From Octopus sinensis (taxonomy: Eukaryota), in contig NC_043005.1 of NCBI RefSeq assembly GCF_006345805.1, positions 76,880,001-76,944,000 of the forward strand: 64,000 nucleotides of DNA. The letters run 5' to 3'. A model generated the notes under the pieces. The model was not told the DNA's origin and made no database searches. It saw only the letters and a program-made list of their open reading frames with translations. The position numbers were made by a program, and so were the translations under genes. Shown one piece after another: positions 53,278 to 64,000 of this stretch. Positions within the stretch are counted from its first letter, which is position 1. Each line of letters opens with the position of its first letter.

Positions 53278-56200
53278 ACTCCTGTTGTTAATATTGTTAG
53301 TAAATTTTGTTGCTATTAAAGCATCGCTTATCGTTCTTGATAATAATGCTAGTGTTGGAGATGGCGTTACTTGTAGTAATATCGGTATTCTTATTGCTGT
53401 TGTAGTTATTGATAACAATACATTGTTAATGAAGACGTGACTGGTTTTGTGAAGCATTATGAGCAAAGAGGACGTTACTAGCAGCAACAATAATGAAAAG
53501 GCCAACGAAGAAAATGTCGTCCGCATTATGGTCGTATTTACTAGAAACGATTGTTAATTATTCATCAAATGACGTTCTATTACTAGGTGATGTTGTCCTC
53601 CATATAAGGAAAAGATGGGATGATTTTAGCTAGGATATATTTGATCACAATCTGTTCAATCAAAGGCTAAACTGACGCTTGACAGCCACTATAACAACTA
53701 GTTAATAAGAGAGACGCCTAAGAGTCATGTGGTAGTTCTAGAAATAGCAGTCACGCTTTTATGAAATCTCACCGAACCGCCTTAGCATTTGACATTTATA
53801 TTGTAGAGCAGTGTCAGCGATACACTGACTGAAACAAAGATAGAATAGTTACGTCTGGATTGCATTGACTATAAGGACAGTTGAATTATACCCGACCTCA
53901 GGCTTAACAACAACAACGGCTAAATAGTCATGCGCATGCGTACACACACATTAGATAAAACTGAACCCCCGAAGACTGGTTGTGGTCTGGGTCAGCAAAA
54001 GCACCAGGAGAAATACATTAAAATCGCCGAGAGATGTAGAATACTGAACGCTTCGGATAAAGTCTTTCATCAGTATAAAGATGATAGAATGTAAATAAAA
54101 GAAAGACAGTAGAGTTTTACGTCTTGTATTTTCGAGAACAACAGTATAAACTAAATAAATCATGCGCATGCACTCACAGACACGCATTTACGCACACATA
54201 GTATACATCTCATAAGCACGAGTAATGTACAAAACAAACATGTCTGATTCAATTTCCTATGTCAGGTTTAGCGATGCGAAATAAAATATGAAAGAATTCA
54301 CTCCAAACAAGAATTCTAGATGCTATATAATGTCTGTAAATATTCATTGCAGCACAACAAAGACATTTCAGATGGTTAATTATTTTTTTTTATCTTATTT
54401 AATGATAGAGAACGATACTTGAAATTTAAGCCATCGTAGACGTCGTAGTCGATGGTGTGGTTGTTGTTGTTGTTGTTTGTAGTCGTCGTCATTATTTGCG
54501 TCAGCACCTGTTGAAGAATTACATTTACTAACAAAAGAATGTTGCGTAAGCTATGAACATTAAAATGATTATGATGATAGTGATAATGATAGTGATGACG
54601 AAGAAGAGAAGTGGGTGTGCGTATGTTGATGGTCATAATGACGAAATGATAATGATGATAATCGGGAGATGTTGCGGTAATGATGATGATGATGATGATG
54701 ATGATGATCACAATGATGATGATGATCATGATCATGATGACCATGATGATGATATTGTCGATGAAGACTTTGAAGTCGAAGATGGCAACGATAACGATTA
54801 TGGTGGCGTTGGTATTGGCGGTGTTGGTGGTTGTGATGTGTGATAGTAATGGTAATCGTAAAAATATTGAGAGAAAATTCTTGTTTTCTCAGAAGACCAA
54901 GTGTTGTGTGAGAAGTTAACAGTCGTTCACTTCAACACGAATATTTTCATTGTTATTAATTCTATGAAATCTGTCAGAAGCAATAAAAAAATATATATGT
55001 ATATAATGATTCCTTGCAGAACCCCTTAAGAAATTACACTCGGAAACGAGTGAAGGCTGCATTAAAGCTCGTAAACAACGTTATTGTTCTTTTCTATATT
55101 TATGAGACAAAGAATTTATATAACGTATTAGTCGGAGTGTTTTCACTGCTTTTCGACTGTACACGCTCAAGCCTTCTTCAGGTGCCTTGCTTGGATTTGA
55201 ACTCAGAATATTATTGTTGTTATTATTGTTATTCTTTTTGTTGTTACTTTCTTTAAACCTCCAGATCAGGCCAGATCAGATAGTATTATAATCAGCAAAA
55301 TTCCAATCAGTCGTTTTTAGGTTCATTTAGGACAACATTATCGATGTGTATTTTCTGTCTTGAAATCAATAGACGGTGATTTGAGGGTCGTCTGGCAACT
55401 ATTTCTACCATATCGAGCAACTGTGTGTAGATCCCAACTTTTCATTGGTTTGGTTTACACCATATTAGTTACGTTTTGGTATATAACGATTGCCACCACT
55501 TATTGTAAAGCTCTGACAAATGTTTATGAATAATTTTCTTTGGAAAGAAATAAAAAGACACACTTATATAGAACAACACAATTTTCTGTAAAACTGCTTG
55601 TTTTTAATATAGATTGAAACACTAAAAATAACATTATTTACGGTGAATTCTCCAAACAGAATAATTCAGGATCTCATTAATTTTCTTTCAGAGATAGACA
55701 TTTCTATTGAAGTAATATAAATATTGGTATCCACCTGTGTACTGTATCTCCGGCAACAGTTTTAAAGAAACACGTAATTACCATTAGTGAGGAATATGCT
55801 TGCAAGAAGATTGAAATCTTTCTGTTTGAGAGAACTGTTTGCGGCAGTTATTAAATGCTGAAAAACTGTTGGATAATTACAAAATCATTCGAGAGAAACC
55901 TTTACAGAGTGTTCTCCTTTAGAAATATGTGTGTAAGCGTGCGTGAGTGCGTTCGTGTGTGTGTGTGTGTGTGTGTATGAGTGTGTGTGGGTGTATGTGT
56001 GTGTGTGAGTGTATGTGAGAGAGAGAGAGAAAGAGAGAGAGACTCTGTTTAATGTATGGTTACACGTGCATATGCATGTGTGTTATTGCTGTGGATACTA
56101 GTAATGAACAATTGCACAATAATACATGTATATAGGCATCGTAAAAGTATGTACAAAGAATACGAGGCGAAATGGAAAATGTACGTGTATGCACGTGCAC

Positions 56201-57124
56201 ACACACGTGTATGTGTGTGTGTGTGTGATCAAGTATGTCTGCATATAATATAATATATGCATATATAAAAATTGTGTATGCAATCCTGGTATGCTTTCTA
56301 TCTTTATATACATATGTGTGCGAGTATGTATATGGGCATATATGTGTGAGTGTGTATGTATGTATGTATATAAATATATATGTATACATATATATGTTTA
56401 TGTATATTTGAATATATATATATATATATATATATGCGTTTGTATGTGTATAAGCGTGTTTGTGAATGTATGTATGTATGTATGTATGTATATGTGTGTG
56501 TGTGCGTGCATGTTTGTCTGTGAGTGTGTATTTTGCATATCTATAGGGCATAACACTTTTATTATCTGAAACTAAAGATATTAGTGATTCTTTTTGTTCT
56601 AATTTCAATTTCCAAAAGATAAACTAAACGATAATTTAGAAGTAAAAATCGGGAAAATTCAAATGTAATAAACATTAAGTGATTTTGAAGAAATACCGAA
56701 TCACTTTGAAGAATTGCACTCTAGCTTTTCACGTATGAATGCGGCAAGTCTCGGTACGTAGCTCCAGGTCTTCAGCTTTTCCAATATGATGGATCGTTTT
56801 TTTTTTCCCATCGAATATCAGACAAGCAGAACTTTATCTAATGCAGAGTATTAATGCATAATCCTACCTAGATAATCAAGCTCTTTAAGAACATTTAAAC
56901 ACACGTTCTAGCGCAATAAACACCTACATTATAACATTCTCTCTTTGCATGTTCTACCTCTGCCACAACAGTGTCTATTCTCCTAATCTTGCAAGCATAT
57001 TGTACCACATCGATCCAGTCCTTCCCGAAACATTAAAGCTTCTATTTATCATGGACGCCAAATTTCTCTAATTTGTAGATCCGTCTTTTCCGAATCTTAT
57101 TTCTTGAAAACTGCAACATATTTG

Positions 57125-57425
57125 GTTGGGTCTGGGGAGAGTCATTTTCTTTTTGTGCCTTATAATGTAACACACTCACCGGTAAAATTTCCACTTATTT
57201 TTATTTTCCTAAAATTTCCCAAGACTATTGAAAAGGTTGCAAGACGCAACAAAAATTTTAGGAAAATAAAAATAAGAAATAAATGGAAATTTTACCGGTG
57301 AGTGTGTTATATTATAAGGCACAATAAAGAAAATGACTCTCCCCAGACACAACAGAATATGCTTCAACACACGAATTCATATAAAGAATCTTGCAAACTA
57401 AATCCAAAAATGAAATGCAACATAC
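57125..57425. repeat. Fold-back repeat, same family as 2105-2512
   Basis: Shared sequence AAGACTATTGAAAAGGTTGCAAGACGCAAC...GACTCTCCCCAGACACAACAG. Confidence 0.85.
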
Positions 57426-58437
57426 TTGAATTTCTTCATATCACATTTTGTTAGCAACTATCGAGTTATAATCAGGGAAATTATCCTTTATAGCTTCTGT
57501 ATGACCAACAATCTAAAGCAGCGTTAAAAAGCTTTAAATAATAGCTTTTCTGTGATGATCACACATCGAAGCTGGCTTTCTCTTACACTAATGCAGTTCA
57601 ATCTGGAATATGATCATCTGCATTCTAAAGATAATTCAACTTTAAAATTAATGTCTCAGATCCTACCAGTATAGGAGATCCTGTATTGGTTACTATTCAT
57701 GACTATTCTTTTTTACTAATTTATTGAAATATCAAAGTACAAAACACCTCCTACTCTGCGCAGCTCTCAAGTTTCTCTCAACAAACTGCTTCGGGATAAA
57801 AGGATAAATATTGATTAATTTTACGCGTTAAAAGAATAATATAATTTATGACGAAAAGTTTACTCACTGTCGCCTGAACCTTCATTATCAGGTTCAACAC
57901 TCTAAATGAATGAGCATCTCTTATTTTGAAGGTCGGGGAGTTGTGGTGTTTATGATTTTCAAACGGTGTATCAGAATGCTAATTTTAAGGGAATCAAATC
58001 TGGTTCTCTGATTCAGTTTGCTACATCTAGTTAAACATGGTGCTCGCCCCTCATGCTATTTATCGGCGATAACATAGTATTATTTAAAAATATCTTCTGT
58101 TCACAGATTTTAAGAGAACTATAGTTGATAGAATTATACTCAGTTAAATGAAATTGCTTTATATTGTTACAAACGTCAGAATATAAAGGATTTTGATGGA
58201 TAGAAGTAGATCCTGTAAAATATTTATATCAGAGCTTTAATATATGAATATATCATTATAATATTATAAACATGGAACTGCTGTGATATGACGTTTATCA
58301 AACGATTGAGTTCAACTCTTACCAATAAAACAAACTTGCACGTTATTCCCGCATTTTCCCTTCACACATTGTTAGTGACACTCTACTCCTCCCTGAGCCT
58401 GCTTATCTGTTTTTGAAGTTGTCTTGGTTGATGTTGC

Positions 58438-58665
58438 ATTGGGTTGGTGCATAATTATTGCTGCTTTTTTCAACGAATTTTATTCAACAAAATATGTAAC
58501 AAAAACATCTTTAAATGATTATTCCGGAGCATATTCACCATCTACTTCAATTACTGCTTCCCATTTGCTTGCCAGACGGCCAGACCGTCATTTAAAGATG
58601 CTTTTGTTAAATATTGTTAATGTTTTTGTTGAAAACAAGCCGCAATAATTATGCACCAACCCAAT
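58438..58665. mobile_element. Mariner-type MITE (~228 bp)
   Basis: ~24-bp TIRs ATTGGGTTGGTGCATAATTATTGC / GCAATAATTATGCACCAACCCAAT, resembling Hsmar1/MADE1-type ends. Confidence 0.8.
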
Positions 58666-60001
58666 AATTTGGATCCCGTTCAATCATAGATTAAGCAGAT
58701 TTATCAACAGAGACATTCGATTGACAATCGTTTCGATCTGGTGTTCTGCTTTGCATAGATCTAGGACTACGTTATCCTGCCCCTTACTCCTCAAGTTGAT
58801 AGGATGCAAAATGAAAGACGTTTAACTGGGGTTTTTTTCCAGTCGGTTGAGTGACAGGATAGTATTCCTTGTTGGTATGCAAAAGCATGTCATTATAATT
58901 AAACAACAATTATACTGCTGATCATAGAACTACCAGAAAATTGACAAATACTTTACTCGTGTGCAATGCCAAGATTAAGGGCTCTCACAAACATAAGTGA
59001 ATGGATGAAAGAAGAGTATAAACGAATTATTTAACATGATCGATAACTGAAACCCACAAAGTCAAAATATATGTTATTTTAAGGATTATATAAAAGTTGG
59101 TATAATTAGCTCTGTGTTCGTATTTCATGTGCAATATTTAGGGTTCGCGTCCTAAGAACATCACTATATTTTGCTGAGAGGCAAAAAGACACGTATTTCT
59201 TCCTAATGTTCATAATCTAGAGTCGATCGTCAGTAACCACCGCTTTTTAACACCAGTATTGTTTATGTTGGTGACGATTAGTTTGGCTGTAGCAGAAACA
59301 CCACACGAAATTCGCCTCTTAAATTTATTTGGTATTAGCTTCCGTTTGTCTCTACTTCCAACCGTTTCTTTTAGATTCAACTGTTAATGTTTTCCTCCAT
59401 TTTTTTTTTTTTCTTTTTTTGATATATCTTATTTTGAAATCAACTGCATCATTGGTTACCTGTCTTCAGAGAGCCAATTGTTGTTTAATGCCATTTATAA
59501 AGAAGTAAGGCAAAGACATGTCTGTTCAACAAATGTAAATAAAAAGCGTATATTTGTTAGAAAGTAAGAAGTTATCGGTTTTCTTTCTGACACTTATATG
59601 AATGTATATGTATATGTTTATATATATATATATATATATATATAATCAATTAAAATATTAGTCAGACATGTATTTGCACTCGCACATATATCTGAATGCG
59701 TCTGATCATAAAGTATAAGAAAGAGAATGTAGTGCATTGTGCAGAGTTAATATTTGCTCGAAATCTGTTGGCTCATCACATTTCTACTCTTTGTTTTACT
59801 ATCAGGCCTCCTGTACGTACGGTTAATCAGGAATTATTTGGTAGGTCAAATGGTTGAATATGTGGGAAGCACAAGATGGTCTTATTCCTGATTGAACTAC
59901 TTTGGTGTAAGAGAATGTCAACTCTGATGTATGGTCATCACACTAGAAAAGCTACTTTGCAATGTACTTGAATTTGCTTGGTTTAGACTTCATAGAAATT
60001 A

Positions 60002-60720
60002 TCAAAACAATTTTCTCCGATAACGACAGCTGGAAAAGATTTCGGATCTCCCATTAAATGATATTGCTATTTTAATAACTGTTACTTTTCTTTAGTTTCA
60101 GTATCCATTGAAGTAAGGTGTGATTTATCGATGATGCTCCATGTTATTGGAGATTTCATCGTGTGGTCCCCAAGTTTCCAGACAAATTGGAAACATTTTG
60201 GGGTATTTTCTTCTTCGACCCGAAACAATAATAATTTTTCTTTGTGTTCGCGGTAATTACTCTGCAATATTTTTCTAAGCAGGCAAAGAGTTCTTATCAA
60301 TATTCTTTATCCTACTGCAATGGAAAAAAATATTTTGAGAAGGCTTCTAATAAGCGGGGACCTTAATGTTATTGATGTAGAAGTGTTCTTTGTAATGCGT
60401 GTCGGTGGGCAGTGTTCCCACCAAGTTGTGCGCTTGGGTGCGCGTATATACGTTTTACGATCATCGCATAAATGAAGAAAGTTTGTGCATATAAAGGCTT
60501 TCAAAACATAATCGAATTTCTTTTAATTGAAGAAGTTAATCAAAATTTCAGAATATAATCTTAAATTAACGGCATTTGCTTTGGTGGTCAATATGATATT
60601 TGAGCAAAGATTCTTCTAAAGACATGCACACACTTTGTAAAGAAAGACAAAATTTGCACACAAGCAAATTTCTACGTAGAAAAATTATGGGGAAAATTGT
60701 CGGTGGATAATGTCTTTGAA
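60002..60720 (-). mobile_element. Degraded Penelope-like (Naiad-like) fragment, RT thumb to endonuclease C-terminus
   Basis: HYPPTI (~60710), FVWKLGDHTMKSPITWSIIDK (60082-60300 ORF) and RSEIFSSCRYRRKLF* (stop 60002-60004) are colinear with NHPP, YVWELK..TWSILDR and RSELMNLCRH of the 41 kb element. Confidence 0.7.
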
Positions 60721-61596
60721 GAGATAGCTGATTAATGATTCGAATATATTTGTATACAGTTCCTTTGCAAAGGTACCTTTTAATCTAGAATTAATCAATT
60801 TTAGTCTGGAGTCAGAGGAATTGTTGCTTTCATCCTTTAGTTACCAAATATTTTTGATCTATCACACACACACACACACACGTACAAGCATACACGTATG
60901 TATGTAGGCAATGTGTGCACCCAGGCGCGATAGATCTCTTCATAGTTTCATTCAACTAAATTTTCGGTCAAAATGCAGACAATGTACTAGCCACGTGCCC
61001 ATAATATTACGCAATTGGATTGAAGCAGAAACCATGTTGCTGCCATGCAAATTTCTGAAATACAAATCGTGCTTCCGCTCGTGGCCTTCTTTTAGCATTG
61101 TCTAATTTCGTAATTTCTTTCGTTTAAAGCATTAACAAAAATCCTGTAATCTTATTTTTCTCTTCATCTAGTGCTGTTACACTTTCAGTCCTAGTTCGGC
61201 CCTGGACGAGCAGAGCAATGACCAAATGAATTTTAGCCGATACCATCCAGACCTGGCAGGAATATTTGTGCCCTGGGCAACATACTTTGCGATATCTGTT
61301 CGAGCCCCTTGCGTTTTAAGTTCGAATCCAACTCTGTCCAACGTTGTTTTTCAGTCGTTTGGTTTCGATAAATAAAGAACGTTGTATGCTGGCGGAACTA
61401 TTACACTATTGGGAAAGTTCCCTGCAGATATTTGTTCCGAAATTTTGCGTACTGCGTTCAAACCGTAACATGATCTCTGTTGAGATAACGTGTCTCTTTT
61501 TTCCTGTAAAATGTTAGATTGTAGTTTGAAGGTTATTTGGTTAAAATTTCTTGCACATCGAGAGACTGTGTGTTGACAGAATGGTTAGACTGTCGG

Positions 61597-61821
61597 GAGC
61601 TGGCAGAATCGTTAGCACGCCGGGCGAAATGCTTACCGGTATTTCGCCTGCCGTTACGTTCTGAGTTCAAATTCCGCCGAGGTCGACTTTGCTTTTCATC
61701 CTTTCGGGGTCTATAAATTAAGTACCAGTTACGCACTGGGGTCGATGTAATCGACTTAATCCCTTTGTCTGTCCTTGTTTGTTCCCTCTATGTTTAGCCC
61801 CTTGTGGGCAATAAAGAAATA
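61597..61821 (+). mobile_element. tRNA-headed SINE, family D (GGTCGACTTTGCTTTTCATCC central domain)
   Basis: Perfect 19-bp TSD AGAATGGTTAGACTGTCGG at 61578-61596 and 61822-61840; A box TGGCAGAATCG; B box GAGTTCAAATT. Confidence 0.92.
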
Positions 61822-62384
61822 AGAATGGTTAGACTGTCGGACAGGATATACTTAGATATTTATTCTGAAGTATTGCATTGTGAGTTCTAATCGAACTGTG
61901 ACTTACATGGTCAGAGAAATTGTCCATCATCGGTCTAAGACCACTTCCTGGTATTGGGTTAACTTGAAGGGCGGTCACTCGGTTGCAAGCAATTTTGTGT
62001 GCTTCCTGGTTTATGGATATCGTTATCTCACTTCCTTCCACCAATCCAGGAAATGAGGTTCAAGGTTATGTCTTCATCTGACAATAAAGTATTACTCTGA
62101 TATATAAATCTCAGACAAAATTATTGAAAGCCTTCATTTTCCCATGTTTTATTGAGTTGTCAAACAAATTCAATCTTTTTTTTCTATCTTAAACCTTTCC
62201 ATTGTTATTTGAATAAACACGAAAACTATGATTATCATAGTGTTTTATGTTATATGGGCTTTTGTTGTTCTTTCCTCTTCAACAACTTTTGTTTATCATT
62301 TAACAATTTTGAATAAATTTTACCTCTTTTCAGACAAAAGATTCTTTTACTTTTTACAACGTAATTTCTTTCGTCTATTTATCT

Positions 62385-62397
62385 ATTTATCTGTCTG

Positions 62398-62466
<69 letters not shown>

Positions 62467-62468
62467 TC

Positions 62469-62510
<42 letters not shown>

Positions 62511-62512
62511 TC

Positions 62513-62566
<54 letters not shown>

Positions 62567-62600
62567 ATATCTATCTATCTAGCTGTCTGTCTGTCTGTCT
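62385..62600. repeat. (TCTA)n microsatellite
   Basis: Read directly from the sequence. Other (TCTA)n/(TAGA)n tracts at 16735-16812, 32781-32868 and 35985-36068. Confidence 0.98.
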
Positions 62601-63877
62601 ATTTATCTGTACGTGTATGCACGTATAGCTTTCTATCTCTACGTCTTTCTCTTTTGTTGTGCTCTTTCCCACTATTATTTTTCTAACTTTTATTCTCTCT
62701 ATGCGGTAGCAAGAATAATGTTCCCAAACATAACAATTTCCTGTAGCGATTCTAAAAACATATTTTAAATAAATTATCGATACCCATTTCAATACAATTT
62801 CAATTCTATAGTTTTAATTGACAAATGTCGTTTATTTGGTTTTTATTATATCATAACACATGTAGTATTTTTGAACAACAAGTTTTGCTTCCTTCGTAGC
62901 AAAGTTCTATATTTGAATAGCACTTAATTCTATTGAAATAAAGCGAAGACTAGACTTGCAAAAATATCGCAGACTTTACAGGTTTCTTCATTTGATATAA
63001 ATGTATTTCTGAAAAATATGTAGGTATTTATGTAAGTATGTATGTATTTATGTATGTATGTACATATATACATATGTGCAAATATGTATAAATGTATGTA
63101 CATACATGCATACTTATATGCATATATATATATTATATATATGGTGTGTGTGTGTGGGGGTGTGTGTGGTGTGTGTGTGTGTGTGTGTGTTGGGTGTGTG
63201 TGTGGTGTTTGTGTGTGTGTGTATATGTACATATATATATGTATATATGTATATATATATATAGATATATATATAGTATCTAATATATATAAATATATAA
63301 ATATGTATATATACGTACACACACATATATAACATATACATATACATAAATAGATAAATAAACATATATATATACATATATATACATATGTCATATATAT
63401 AAGTATAACATATATGTTTTTACATATATACATATATATGTGTGTGTGTGTGTGTTTGTGTGTGTATGTGTGTGTGTGTATTATATATATATATAAATAT
63501 ATATATGTATATATGCAATTACAGACATAAGATGTATATATCTGTATACGCATACAAAAACACACACACGCAAAAACACACACACATATTAATGCGTAAC
63601 CTAGAATTTTTCAAATGCTCAAGAATATGTCCTCTGTATAGAGATTCTTTAGCTAATAATGAAGCCAATTAGAAAACGAATTATGTGATGCTTTCATACT
63701 TTACCAAAGACCTGACTCTCGAAACAAATAGTGTTTCAGTTCGAGTCACCTTCCTGAACTTAAGGATTGCAAGCGCTCGGTGATTTACCAACGTTGATTT
63801 TTGAGTGGAAATTACGATATATGTTATCGTTGATATTGCTGCTGTTGAAGTTATTCTTGTTGCTGATGATGAGGATG

Positions 63878-63878
63878 T

Positions 63879-63941
<63 letters not shown>

Positions 63942-63958
63942 CGATGATGATGATGATG
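63878..63958. repeat. (GAT)n microsatellite
   Basis: Read directly from the sequence. Also a GAT-rich tract at 54560-54760, (ATT)n at 25731-25785, and (CATA)n at 9021-9098 and 2236-2290. Confidence 0.98.
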
Positions 63959-64000
63959 GTAGTGGTGGTTGTGGTGGTGATGATGATTGTGGGGATAACG

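Noticed and set aside
54376-54919. Asp-rich or Met/Ile-rich ORFs
   Set aside because: They come from (GAT)n repeats read in different frames.

Overview
This is AT-rich, microsatellite-dense eukaryotic DNA, almost certainly intergenic or intronic. The SINE, LINE and microsatellite repertoire points to an Octopus-like cephalopod (inference). I found no convincing host gene, RNA gene or CRISPR array, and nearly all ORFs in the track are translations of (TA)n, (CA)n, (TCTA)n or (GAT)n repeats. The recognisable content is mobile DNA: (1) a head-to-tail pair of ~3 kb Penelope-like retroelements (RT plus C-terminal GIY-YIG, Naiad-like), each ending in a type I hammerhead ribozyme (HHR) and starting with an inverted copy of the element tail; (2) a 5'-truncated RTE LINE, a second RTE 3' fragment, and R4-like and Penelope-like relics; (3) at least four tRNA-headed SINE families, some with perfect target-site duplications; (4) mariner- and hAT-derived MITEs and a Helitron-like element. 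The most interesting signal is a set of small repeat families, mostly embedded in TA/CA microsatellites and often fold-back. They carry hammerhead-shaped modules in which the catalytic 3-8 tertiary pair appears in all four Watson-Crick combinations (C3:G8, U3:A8, G3:C8, A3:U8). All pairings were read by eye and none has been folded computationally or tested.
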